Assembly: GCA_965237905.1 (NCBI GenBank)
Contig: OZ250172.1
Span: forward strand, 512,001-576,000
DNA length: 64,000 nt
Reading direction: 5' to 3'
Source: Nitrospinaceae bacterium
Lineage (GTDB): Bacteria; Nitrospinota; Nitrospinia; Nitrospinales; Nitrospinaceae
In this document: one piece after another, positions 1 to 9,555 of the stretch
How positions within the stretch are numbered: the stretch's first letter is position 1
How the letters are laid out: every line of letters begins with the position of its first letter
Program-made: the position numbers and the translations under genes
Notes under the pieces: model-generated
Told to the model about the DNA's origin: nothing
Databases searched by the model: none
The model's input: the letters and a program-made list of their open reading frames with translations, nothing else

Positions 1-63
1 TCCTTCTCTCCTCTCATTCTTTGGTATATTTAAAAAAAGTTAAACTCGTAACTCTAATAACCG

Positions 64-2037
64 TTATTGCTGTTGCTGGGCTGGCACGGGAACGCCTTCC
101 GGCACCTTGGCCGCGGTCTTCTTACCCGTCAAACCACCGACCCAGAACACGACGACGAACTGCACCCATACGAACAACGCGTTGAACGACAGCATTTTAC
201 CCGCTTCACCGATGGTCAGCGTGTAAGCGTCCACTGAGTTGTCACGCACCACTTCCGTGACATGCCAGAACAAGCGAACGGCGGACCGGATGTAGCCCAT
301 CAGGCCCATCAGCCAGGTAAAGGAAATCGCCAGCAGGAAAATCGCGTAGGTTGCCACTCGCGACTGGGTTCCCCACTCAATCTCTCCGTACGAATCGGCG
401 TCCTTGAACATGGAGATATTGATCGCCGTCCCGGCAAACAGGGTCGTCAGCGTACTGGTCACCTGCGGCACCGACAGACCTACCCGCTGGTTGGCTGGAA
501 GGAGGTATCCGTAATAGCCAAGGAACATGATGTTGCACGCCGCCAGAACAAAGATAGCGGAGATCCAGGCATTCCCCTGGGTCGCCCAACTGACGTTGAT
601 CTTCTTGTTCGCCCTCTGATACAACAGAAAACAAAGAATCGTGGTTACGATCATCAGGTTCACCGCGGTGTTCTTGGCGGACATTACGCCAAAGTGACCG
701 ACCACGGGATGCTGTGCGCCACCCATATCCTTCAACTCCGCCGGAGTCATAACGATGGTGTGCGGGGTCATCCACATGGTGAAACAAACGATCAACAACA
801 GAACCATGTATTTCGCGTATTTCATGTACCGGTGCGAACCTTTGACCCGGGACATGGAGTTATGCAGATAGGAGTTGGCTCCAAAGAACAGGAGACCGAT
901 CATTACCGCCTGAATGATGAACAACCAGGCCATGATGCCGCCCATGAGGGTGATTCCCATCTGTTGACGGAAAGCATAAACCTCCTTCATCAGCCAGTAG
1001 CCGGCAAACGGCAGGGGAATCAAACCGAAGATCGCGATGAACATCGCGATGTAACACACCCAGTCATAGTGGGCTTTCTCTTCAGCGGTTTTAGCGGTGA
1101 GATAATGATAAGCCGCATACGCGCCGACGATACCGCCGCCGAACACGATGTTGCCTAGAATACGATGGACCCCAACCGGATTCCACAACGTGGAATGGAT
1201 GACGTGCCAGATATTGCCCAGGAACCGGCCCTCTTCATCGATCCCGCCGGGCGCCTGCATGAAAGTCGCCCAGGAGTTGGCCAGATACATCAGAACGGTA
1301 CCGACCAGGTTCAGGAGAACGGAAAGACTGCAGTGAATCCATTTCAGGAACGGGTCGCCCTTCATCCTCTCCCAGCCATAGTAATAAACGTACAAAATGC
1401 CGCTCTCCGCCAGGAACATCAAAGCGTACACATGCATAACAGGGCGGAAAATACCGGCCATGTATTTGAAAAATCCGGGGAATAGAGTGATGAACGTAAA
1501 CAGCAGAATACCACCCAAAATTGCCGTCCAGGAATATGCGGTCAGGCTGACTTTCATCAGGTCCTGCGCCAGTTTGTCGTATTTCTCCGACAGAACCGGA
1601 TCGCTTTCCTTGGTGCGGATACCGACAAATTCGATGAGCATACAAAAGATCGGAACCGCCAGTACGAAACTCCCGAAATAGAGATGCTGTTGGTTCGCCA
1701 TCCAGAGTAACATTCGGCTAGGCGCAAATTCATAGTTGTTGTAGTCCGACTCCCCCAATTCCGGGGCAGGAAAACCACTGACTGGACCTTTCAAAGGATT
1801 ACCTTCCCAATCCTTATAGAAAACGTCCTGACTCCATTCGATCGCGGGCTCGCCACCTTCTTCCGTGCCTTCCTCAGCGAGGACTTCTTTCGCGAAAGCC
1901 TCTTCCGCAAAAGCCTGTTCCGCAAACGCCTCCTTGGCGAAAGCCTGGCCGCTCAGGGCCGGAACAAAAAACAGAGTCACTGCCAGAACAAGTGCCCACG
2001 GGAGCCACTTGATACTTCTAGCTTTAGAATTAAACAT
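64..2037 (-). CDS. cytochrome bd-like (CydA-family) oxidase subunit I, long Nitrospira/Nitrospina-type
   Basis: 657 aa polytopic membrane protein; CydA-like segments QQHLYFGSFVLAVP, NSWATFMQAP, HRILGN, GYIRSAVRLFW; RBS AGGAGG upstream. Confidence 0.75.
   Translation of the reverse strand: MFNSKARSIKWLPWALVLAVTLFFVPALSGQAFAKEAFAEQAFAEEAFAKEVLAEEGTEEGGEPAIEWSQDVFYKDWEGNPLKGPVSGFPAPELGESDYNNYEFAPSRMLLWMANQQHLYFGSFVLAVPIFCMLIEFVGIRTKESDPVLSEKYDKLAQDLMKVSLTAYSWTAILGGILLFTFITLFPGFFKYMAGIFRPVMHVYALMFLAESGILYVYYYGWERMKGDPFLKWIHCSLSVLLNLVGTVLMYLANSWATFMQAPGGIDEEGRFLGNIWHVIHSTLWNPVGVHRILGNIVFGGGIVGAYAAYHYLTAKTAEEKAHYDWVCYIAMFIAIFGLIPLPFAGYWLMKEVYAFRQQMGITLMGGIMAWLFIIQAVMIGLLFFGANSYLHNSMSRVKGSHRYMKYAKYMVLLLIVCFTMWMTPHTIVMTPAELKDMGGAQHPVVGHFGVMSAKNTAVNLMIVTTILCFLLYQRANKKINVSWATQGNAWISAIFVLAACNIMFLGYYGYLLPANQRVGLSVPQVTSTLTTLFAGTAINISMFKDADSYGEIEWGTQSRVATYAIFLLAISFTWLMGLMGYIRSAVRLFWHVTEVVRDNSVDAYTLTIGEAGKMLSFNALFVWVQFVVVFWVGGLTGKKTAAKVPEGVPVPAQQQQ
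1870..1944 (-). repeat. degenerate 15-bp tandem repeat encoding AFAKE-AFAEQ-AFAEE-AFAKE-VLAEE
   Basis: units such as cgcgaaagcctcttc / cgcaaaagcctgttc / cgcaaacgcctcctt read directly. Confidence 0.8.
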
Positions 2038-2332
2038 TGCCTAACCTCCTTAAGGGGATCTCTGGATATCCTAGGATTTTCAATTCAAACCGGTATATTT
2101 TCAAACTTGTTTTTCCAAATCGTTTCAGCATTTTCAAGTCAAGTCCTCAATACCCTTATTAACCTCATTATTTTCGCTCAAAAGGCAACTCAAAGGGATA
2201 TTTTATTCCCATGATTGACTCCACGGCTTAAGCGCGCGGCGGCCATAATGCTCTAACTAACTGACCCTAAAGGACTTGCGGTGATGGCGGAATTGGCGTA
2301 CTTCTTCACCATCCAAATAAAAAGTCGCAGAT

Positions 2333-2361
2333 ATTTAACATAAAGGGCTGAAAGGTGTCAA
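2333..2361 (-). promoter_or_regulatory. candidate sigma70 promoter for the bd-like oxidase
   Basis: minus strand TTGACA-17 nt-TTAAAT, ~290 nt upstream of the ATG. Confidence 0.4.
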
Positions 2362-2422
2362 GTGAATTTGTAAAATTTCAAAATTCAGGCCTTTTCAGCA
2401 AAAACCCACCTAAAAAAGCAGT

Positions 2423-3706
2423 TCAGGATATTCGAATTTGGACGGCCTTGGCATGCGCATCCAAGTCCTCCATTTCCGCCAGAATCCGGCACGTTTTCCC
2501 GGCTTGGACCAAAGCCTCCCGGCTGTAAGTGATCAAACTGGTCCGTTTCACAAAATCATATACGCCCAGGGGAGATGAGAACCGGGCCGTGCCACTGGTG
2601 GGAAGCACATGGTTGGGCCCCGCGAGGTAATCTCCGATAGCTTCCGGTGTGTAATGACCCAGAAAAATAGCGCCGGCGTTTTTGATTTGTTTTGCGCATT
2701 CCTGTGGATTCTCAACAGCCAGTTCCAGATGCTCCGGGGCGATTCGGTTGGCCAGGTCCAGCGCTTCATCAAGGGAGGCAGTCACAATCAAGCGGCATTT
2801 ATTGTTCAACGATTCTTCAATAATCGCGGTCCGCTTCAACTGCTTTTTCTGCTTCTCCAATTCTTCGAGCGTGGCCTTGGCCAGAGACTCGGAAGGAGTC
2901 ACCAGAATCGGCACCGCCTCCTCATCATGCTCAGCCTGCGATAGCAAATCCGCGGCGATAAAATCGGGACGGGCAGATTCATCGGCCACCACCAGGATTT
3001 CGCTGGGCCCGGCGATCATGTCGATATCCACCAGACCGAACACCATGCGTTTCGCCAGAGCCACGTAAATATTTCCGGGGCCGACAATTTTATCGACGCG
3101 GGGAATGATGTCGGTTCCCAAGGCCATGGCGGCCACCGCCTGGGCACCTCCCACCTTGAAAATCCGGTCCACCCCGGCAATATCAGCCGCCACCAACGCA
3201 TGCGGGCTGACTTCCCCCTTGGAGGTGGGTGAACACATGATCACCTGCTCGACCCCCGCCACCCGTGCAGGAATGGCGTTCATCAACACTGAGGAAGGAT
3301 ACGACGCTTTGCCGCCCGGCACATAGATTCCGACGATGGACAACGGACGAATCGCCTGCCCGAGAGTGACCCCCTCTTCTTTATATTCCCAGGATTCCTG
3401 GACCTGCCGCGCGTGAAACCGGTTGATGTTGTCCGCCGCCAGTTTCATCGCTTTCAACTCGGCCAGATCCACCTGGTTGTAGGCTTCCTGAATTTCTTCC
3501 GGTTGGACTTCTATATCGCTCAACTGGTAATCGGTTTGATCAAACTGATTGGTGAACTTGAGCAGGGCTTCATCGCGATCCTTTTTGACGGCTTCCAGAA
3601 TGGTCCGAACAGTTTCGTCCTGCGATTGAAAATCCACATCGCACCGTTCCACCAGCGCATCGATTTCCTGCGAGTAGGTATCGTCACTATATTTGATAAT
3701 CTTCAT
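2423..3706 (-). CDS. hisD: histidinol dehydrogenase
   Basis: GIYVPGG, KIVGPGN, DMIAGPSE, DLLSQAEHD, APEHL, GDYLAGPNHVLPT; start at MKIIKY, overlapping the upstream stop (ATGA). Confidence 0.97.
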   Translation of the reverse strand: MKIIKYSDDTYSQEIDALVERCDVDFQSQDETVRTILEAVKKDRDEALLKFTNQFDQTDYQLSDIEVQPEEIQEAYNQVDLAELKAMKLAADNINRFHARQVQESWEYKEEGVTLGQAIRPLSIVGIYVPGGKASYPSSVLMNAIPARVAGVEQVIMCSPTSKGEVSPHALVAADIAGVDRIFKVGGAQAVAAMALGTDIIPRVDKIVGPGNIYVALAKRMVFGLVDIDMIAGPSEILVVADESARPDFIAADLLSQAEHDEEAVPILVTPSESLAKATLEELEKQKKQLKRTAIIEESLNNKCRLIVTASLDEALDLANRIAPEHLELAVENPQECAKQIKNAGAIFLGHYTPEAIGDYLAGPNHVLPTSGTARFSSPLGVYDFVKRTSLITYSREALVQAGKTCRILAEMEDLDAHAKAVQIRIS

Positions 3707-4398
3707 ATCTTTGATTCGAGATGTAACTGATTTAAAAATGCCAGAGTCGCCTGCTCCTCCTTTAATAGACCGGTATGGGCCATCCATTCCAAATGGGTTT
3801 TCAGGAAGCGAAGGTCTTCTGGAAGGTCGACATCATACCACACGGGTAACAACTCCGCTTCCGCCTGTTGAGCCTTCAATACATTCAGAGTTTCCGACAA
3901 GACGCGATCGGTTCCCCAGGGAACACGTTCGAAAATATCGGTCATCTTTCCCTGCATGCCGATCAGATAATAACCGCCGTCGGTACTCGGCCCGATCACG
4001 ACATCTTTCTCCGATTGCAACGCCTGCTTAATGTAAGCCGTAGGCAGGGTCGGGCTGTCGGAACCGATGATCACCACGCGCTCGTACCCTTCCTCGAAAC
4101 GATCCTGGAAAGCCTGCCGCATCCGCTCCCCCAGGTTTGCTCCTTCCTGCACAAACAGGCGGATCGGGTAGTTGCGGGACACGTTATCGAAATAGTCCGA
4201 TACCGGCGTTGATGCAATACCGATAAAGCGATCCACTTCCATAATCGAGTCAATCTTCTCAATACTGTCGCTCAGGAAATGTTGATAGAGGCTTAAAGTA
4301 GTCTTAGAGTCCAGAAGAGAACTCAAACGGGTTTTCACCTGACCCTCCAAAGGCTCCTTTGCAAATAGAATTAATGCGCTGTAGGAACCTGTCGTCAT
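3703..4398 (-). CDS. TIGR04282/DUF2064-family glycosyltransferase-like protein (CofC-like fold)
   Basis: FAKEP..GQVKTRL, QEGANLGERM, IIGSDSP, GPSTDGGYYLIG, DVDLPEDL. Confidence 0.85.
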   Translation of the reverse strand: MTTGSYSALILFAKEPLEGQVKTRLSSLLDSKTTLSLYQHFLSDSIEKIDSIMEVDRFIGIASTPVSDYFDNVSRNYPIRLFVQEGANLGERMRQAFQDRFEEGYERVVIIGSDSPTLPTAYIKQALQSEKDVVIGPSTDGGYYLIGMQGKMTDIFERVPWGTDRVLSETLNVLKAQQAEAELLPVWYDVDLPEDLRFLKTHLEWMAHTGLLKEEQATLAFLNQLHLESKI

Positions 4399-4516
4399 TG
4401 AGGCGCTATACCCATGAAATAAATCAATTGACTCACTCTTTCAATCTCCCTAGACTTGAGCAGGTTTTGACCCAAACCGAAACACCTGCCTTTTTTATTT
4501 CCCGTACCGGAACTTT

Positions 4517-6130
4517 ATGGATTTTGACACCGCGGTATTTTACTGGATCAAGGAACATTTGCAATCCCTGACCTTGAACGCTTGGGTTGACATGTTCACG
4601 GACAAAAACAATTACCCGGTTCCTGCAATTGCCGCCGTTGTCGCCCTTTTGGTATTAAGAAAAAAACAGGCTTTCTGGTTTATCATCGTTGCCACACTGG
4701 CAATTTTGACCAACGATTTTCTCACCCACCAAATTCTGAAACCCCTGTTCGCCCGGTCCCGCCCCTGCCATGCCTTGGATATCCTGCATGCCGTCCAGTG
4801 CACCCACTCTTTTTCGTTCCCCTCTATTCAGGCGGGCAACCTGTTCGCTCTGGCCACGGTATCAGCTCTGTTTTTCCGGGGATCGGGCTGGGTGGTATTT
4901 CCTCTGGCTCTGCTGGGCAGTCTGAGCCGTATCTACTTCGGCGTTCATTATCCTTCAGATATTCTGGCAGGAGGCTTATGTGGTATTATAATAGGACTTC
5001 TGTTCTGCAAACTTTACCGGTCCCTGTTTCCTTCGTATGACTTTCAACTCCCGATCCCTGATATGAAGCAATCCCCCAAAAACATCCTGCTGATAAAACT
5101 CAGTTCACTGGGCGATGTGATTCATGCGCTGCCGTCACTCCGCACCCTGCGCCAACTGTATCCCAAGGCCCACATCGCGTGGATCGTCGAGGAAAAGTGC
5201 AAGGACCTTCTGTACAACAACCCGGATCTGGACGAGTTGATTGTAGTACGCATCCGCCACTGGCGCAGGCATTGGAATCTGCAAAGCTGGCGTGAATTCA
5301 AGGCCTGCCTGAAACTGATCCGCGGCCGATTCGATCTGGTCATCGAAATGCAGGGACTGATCAAAACCGGCGTCATCGCCTTTCTCACTCAGGCGCCGCG
5401 CATTATCGGGTTTGACAAACACGATTGCCGGGAACGCCTCAACGCCTGGTTCACACACGAAAAAATTCCTTATATGGGGAAAAAAGTTCATGTGGTCGAC
5501 CGATATCTGGCGATGATCCAGGCGCTGGGTGCTAAAACAGTATCGAATGAATTTCCCCTGATCGTCCCCGAAGCCGCTGAAGCACATATCGAGGCGTATT
5601 GGAAAGCCAACCCGGAATTATCTGCAAAGCCCACCGTCGCTATTCATCATGGAGTGGGATTCCCCACCAAGCTCTGGCCGATGGAACGGTTCGCCCAGTT
5701 GGGAGACCACATCGTGAAGGAATTGGGATTCAATGTCCTGCTCACCTGGGGCCCCGGTGAAGAAGATGCGGTAAAAAAATTGTCTTCCCAGATGAAGGAG
5801 AAGCATTGGGTGTCTCCCAAAAATACGCTGCATGAATCGATCGCCATGCTCAAGCGAATGAGTCTGTGTATCGGGTGCGATACCGGGCCGATGCACCTGT
5901 CGGCGGCGCAGGGAGTGCCGACGGTGTCGCTGTTCGGTCCGACCAACCCGGTCTACAGCCGCCCGCACGGCAGTAATCATGAAGTGGTCGTCAAACTTCA
6001 GCCTTGCAGTTTCTGCCACAAACACAGTTGCCCGACGCAGATCGAATGCATGACCGCCATCACGGTGGAAGACGTCTTTTCAGCCGTGCAAAAAAGCGCG
6101 CAGGATCACATGAACGCACGCACCGCTTGA
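4517..6130 (+). CDS. PAP2 phosphatase / GT9 LPS heptosyltransferase fusion
   Basis: N-terminal KPLFARSRP, SFPS, SRIYFGVHYPSD; C-terminal ILLIKLSSLGDVIH, DTGPMHL, SLFGPT. Confidence 0.85.
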   Translation: MDFDTAVFYWIKEHLQSLTLNAWVDMFTDKNNYPVPAIAAVVALLVLRKKQAFWFIIVATLAILTNDFLTHQILKPLFARSRPCHALDILHAVQCTHSFSFPSIQAGNLFALATVSALFFRGSGWVVFPLALLGSLSRIYFGVHYPSDILAGGLCGIIIGLLFCKLYRSLFPSYDFQLPIPDMKQSPKNILLIKLSSLGDVIHALPSLRTLRQLYPKAHIAWIVEEKCKDLLYNNPDLDELIVVRIRHWRRHWNLQSWREFKACLKLIRGRFDLVIEMQGLIKTGVIAFLTQAPRIIGFDKHDCRERLNAWFTHEKIPYMGKKVHVVDRYLAMIQALGAKTVSNEFPLIVPEAAEAHIEAYWKANPELSAKPTVAIHHGVGFPTKLWPMERFAQLGDHIVKELGFNVLLTWGPGEEDAVKKLSSQMKEKHWVSPKNTLHESIAMLKRMSLCIGCDTGPMHLSAAQGVPTVSLFGPTNPVYSRPHGSNHEVVVKLQPCSFCHKHSCPTQIECMTAITVEDVFSAVQKSAQDHMNARTA

Positions 6131-6145
6131 TAAGGAAAGCCGGTT

Positions 6146-6316
6146 ATGAGCTTTGACAAAGAACTATTGGAAATCCTGGCCTGTCCCCAGTGCAAGGGGG
6201 AGCTCACCCTCACTCCGGAAGAAGATGGGCTGGTCTGCCCGGCCTGCAAACTGAAATACCCGATCCGCGACGATGTCCCGGTCATGCTGGCCGATGAGGC
6301 CGAGCCTGTCGAATAA
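6146..6316 (+). CDS. Trm112-family (YcaR-like) protein, 56 aa
   Basis: hand-translated MSFDKELLEILACPQCKGEL...CPACKLKYPIRDDVPVML; RBS AAGGA; below ORF-track size cutoff. Confidence 0.92.
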   Translation: MSFDKELLEILACPQCKGELTLTPEEDGLVCPACKLKYPIRDDVPVMLADEAEPVE

Positions 6317-6367
6317 AAGCTCCATCTGACATGAAATGTTTCTTTCATATATAAAGGTGACTTTCCC

Positions 6368-7864
6368 ATGACTCAAAACACCGCTCCCCGCCCCGGCATT
6401 AAAGGTTTGATCTTCGACGAACCGGCACTGTTCGACCTCGGCTCACCCGGCCGGAAAGCCTATTCCCTGCCGTCCAGCACGATTCCCGATCCCGACCTCG
6501 AAACCCTGCTGCCGCCGGATGAAATCCGCGGCCCCGTCGAACACCTGCCGGAGTTGACGGAACTCGACGTGGTGCGCCACTTCACACGGCTTTCACAATG
6601 GAATTTCAGCATCGACGGCAATTTCTATCCGCTCGGCTCCTGCACCATGAAGTACAACCCGCGACTCAACGAAGACATGGCGCGCCTGCCCGGTCTCAGC
6701 CAGCATCATCCCTACGCTCCGGAATCGTTGTCGCAGGGAAGTTTGCAGTTGATGTTCGAGCTTCAGGAATTTCTAAAGGAAATCAGTGGCATGGACGCGG
6801 TCAGCCTGCAACCCGCCGCCGGTGCCCACGGCGAAATGACCGGCATGCTCGTCATCAAGGCTTGTCTGGAATCGCGTGGCGAAAAACGCAGTAAGGTGCT
6901 GATGCCCGACTCCGCCCACGGCACCAACCCGGCCAGCTCGGCTCTATGCGGCTACGACGTGGTGCAAATTCCGTCGGACGCGGAAGGCCAGATCGACATG
7001 GACAAACTGAAGGAGCTGATGGACGAAGACACTGCCGCCATCATGCTGACCAATCCCAACACGCTCGGCATGTTCGAGGAAAATATTCTGGAGATCACCG
7101 ACATCGTGCATTCCAAAGGCGGCCTTGTGTATTGCGACGGCGCGAATCTGAATGCACTCATGGGAATGTGCAAGGTGGGCGATACGGGAGTCGACGTTCT
7201 GCATTTCAACCTGCACAAAACATTTTCGACGCCGCATGGCGGCGGTGGACCGGGTGCGGGTCCTGTGGGCGTCAAGGATTTCCTGCAACCGTTTCTGCCG
7301 GTGCCGCATATCGAGCAGACGGAAGGTAAATACGTTTGCAATTACGATCAGCCGCAAAGTATCGGCAAAGTACGAACCTTTTACGGCAACTTCGGCGTGC
7401 TGGTGCGGGCCTACACGTATATCCGGACGCTGGGACCCGACGGCATCCGCGAAGCCTGCGAGTCGGCTGTGCTGAGCGCCAACTACATCAAGGCAAAGTT
7501 AAAAAATGAATATCACCTGCCCTACCCCGGAGCCAGCCTGCACGAATGCGTCTTTAACGATAAGGAGCAGTTGAAATACAACGTAAAAACTTTAGACATC
7601 GCCAAGATGCTGATCGATCACGGATTTCATCCGCCGACCGTTTACTTTCCGTTGATCGTGAAAGGCGCGTTGATGATCGAGCCGACCGAATCGGAGTCAA
7701 AAGAAACCCTCGACCAGTTCATCGAAGCCATGCAGGCCATCGCGAAAGAAGCCGAACAGAATCCTGCGAGTTTTCACGACGCCCCCTACCTGCCCAAAGT
7801 CTCCCGCCCCGACGAAGCCCGCGCCGCCCGCAAACCGGTGTTAAGGTGGAAGCAGGGAAATTAA
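6368..7864 (+). CDS. gcvPB: glycine dehydrogenase (decarboxylating) subunit 2
   Basis: YPLGSCTMKYN, SAHGTNPAS, NLHKTFSTPHGGGGPG (PLP lysine). Confidence 0.96.
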   Translation: MTQNTAPRPGIKGLIFDEPALFDLGSPGRKAYSLPSSTIPDPDLETLLPPDEIRGPVEHLPELTELDVVRHFTRLSQWNFSIDGNFYPLGSCTMKYNPRLNEDMARLPGLSQHHPYAPESLSQGSLQLMFELQEFLKEISGMDAVSLQPAAGAHGEMTGMLVIKACLESRGEKRSKVLMPDSAHGTNPASSALCGYDVVQIPSDAEGQIDMDKLKELMDEDTAAIMLTNPNTLGMFEENILEITDIVHSKGGLVYCDGANLNALMGMCKVGDTGVDVLHFNLHKTFSTPHGGGGPGAGPVGVKDFLQPFLPVPHIEQTEGKYVCNYDQPQSIGKVRTFYGNFGVLVRAYTYIRTLGPDGIREACESAVLSANYIKAKLKNEYHLPYPGASLHECVFNDKEQLKYNVKTLDIAKMLIDHGFHPPTVYFPLIVKGALMIEPTESESKETLDQFIEAMQAIAKEAEQNPASFHDAPYLPKVSRPDEARAARKPVLRWKQGN

Positions 7865-7886
7865 ATAGTCCGGCTCGTTTCAAAAA

Positions 7887-8756
7887 CTAATGCCGGCAAC
7901 GATTGCCAACGTTGGAAACGGTATAGTTTTTTTCAGTCCTGTCTTTTTTTATTGTAATGACTGCATTATCCTTATCATCAATTTTCAGATTGCCCACCCA
8001 CATTCTTCCCCGCAACGTATTATTTTTGTCCTGCAAGGGAACCCGGCAAACCCTGGTCTTTAAGCCGCCCTTCTTCAAGTTCACGATCACCAGACTGGGC
8101 TTTCCTTTTTTATCCTGCCACACAAAAACCAATTGATTATCATTATCCAGCCAGGTGGGATGTTCCATGCCCGCCAAGCCAAAATCATTGCTATCGGGCT
8201 GTTCTCGGTATTTCACGGGAATCAGAGGAATTCCATGCTCCCTACTGGGTTTAAACACCTCTGCAAATACGTATGAATTCTGTTCTGGGGTAGCTTTCAT
8301 GTCATACAGTAAAACGCCTGATGGGGTGTATTCACTTGGAGTCATGCGCGCATACCAGGGTGTCCATATCAGGTATCGGCCGCTTGAGGAAAGGTGAAAA
8401 TGCCAGCCTTGAATCCTATCCACAATTTCCCCTCGACTCAAATCAACAACCATCGCCCGGTGTTCCATTTTACTTCCTCCAACAAAAAACAACTTATTAC
8501 CATAAATTTTCAGATGATCAATTCTGGCTATGCGACTATTAAATTCAAGCTCATAGCTTTTCCCATTTTTTAAATCGGATACCTGAATTCGATAGGCATA
8601 ATCCCCCGAACAACTCATTCTATTCCAATCGCATTCGGTTTGGGTCTGGGTCCGGACGGCCCAACGGCCTGATTTGTCAGAAATATCCTCCGCAAAAAGG
8701 GAAGCGGGAAGCAAATTTAAAACAAAAAGAACAAAAACCAGAAGCAAGCTTTTCAT
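7887..8756 (-). CDS. hypothetical exported protein
   Basis: signal-peptide-like MKSLLLVFVLFVLNLLPASLFA; AT-rich relative to flanks. Confidence 0.7.
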   Translation of the reverse strand: MKSLLLVFVLFVLNLLPASLFAEDISDKSGRWAVRTQTQTECDWNRMSCSGDYAYRIQVSDLKNGKSYELEFNSRIARIDHLKIYGNKLFFVGGSKMEHRAMVVDLSRGEIVDRIQGWHFHLSSSGRYLIWTPWYARMTPSEYTPSGVLLYDMKATPEQNSYVFAEVFKPSREHGIPLIPVKYREQPDSNDFGLAGMEHPTWLDNDNQLVFVWQDKKGKPSLVIVNLKKGGLKTRVCRVPLQDKNNTLRGRMWVGNLKIDDKDNAVITIKKDRTEKNYTVSNVGNRCRH

Positions 8757-8806
8757 GATTCGAACCTGAATAATCATATTTTCAATAGTAAGGCGAACCT
8801 ACCGGG

Positions 8807-9391
8807 TCACGTGCGGGACCCAAGCGGTTGAAGGGAGTGGATGGGGTTGCCTTCACGGTCGAAGGCGGGAATACCGGCGGCTTCTGCGATCTCTTGCACC
8901 ACCTTTAAAGCTTCCTCCGGGACGAGCCGGGCGAACGGCAGTTCAATCTCTTTTCCGGTTTTGAGACAAATGCCGACCTGTTCGTATAACAACCTCTGTG
9001 ACGGCGACGGCGCGCTGGCGGATACAGTCACGAAAGGCGTGGGCGTGGTAAGAACTATTTTCTCCAGGGTATCGAAAGGAAGAAAATGGGTGCGGGTATT
9101 CAAACTGAGTCCCTTGAAAATTTCAACCTTGGATTGGGTTTGGTTCACATGGATCGCCCCTTGAATTTTCAACATTATGACCATAAATATCAGCCCACCG
9201 ATTAAAGCAAAAAGCAGAAAAATACCCCATGTGCTCAGGAACTCTTCATACCCTTCTATTGGTTTCATCATGAACAGGAAGACATAAATCAGCAAAGCCA
9301 TAGTCCCAATTTGAGACGCCAGAAAGGTATAAATGATCAACCTCCTGTCCCAGACAAACTTCACACGACCCGGCTTGCGGGTGATTTTCAT
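8807..9391 (-). CDS. hypothetical membrane protein (2 TM plus soluble C-terminal domain)
   Basis: two hydrophobic helices; start placed at MKITRK. Confidence 0.65.
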   Translation of the reverse strand: MKITRKPGRVKFVWDRRLIIYTFLASQIGTMALLIYVFLFMMKPIEGYEEFLSTWGIFLLFALIGGLIFMVIMLKIQGAIHVNQTQSKVEIFKGLSLNTRTHFLPFDTLEKIVLTTPTPFVTVSASAPSPSQRLLYEQVGICLKTGKEIELPFARLVPEEALKVVQEIAEAAGIPAFDREGNPIHSLQPLGSRT

Positions 9392-9555
9392 ATTTTTCAA
9401 CTTTATCAAGATAAGAAGGCTCCAGAAATGGGATTCGTGCGGCGGTTCCCTGTATTTTCCGTGAAAAGTGAGTGTATACCCAGTGTAAGGCAAGTCAGAG
9501 TACTGTCCACAAAACAATCTGGACCTTAGGGCCCCAGTTCAAGGGTAGGTGAGAC

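Noticed and set aside
3707..3787. N-terminal extension of HisD (similar extensions in rlpA, truB, rpsO, DUF2065)
   Set aside because: Longest-ORF artefacts; downstream starts fit family length, RBS or gene overlap
3703..4398. Arsenosugar or F420 pathway
   Set aside because: No partner radical SAM, methyltransferase or cof genes in the window
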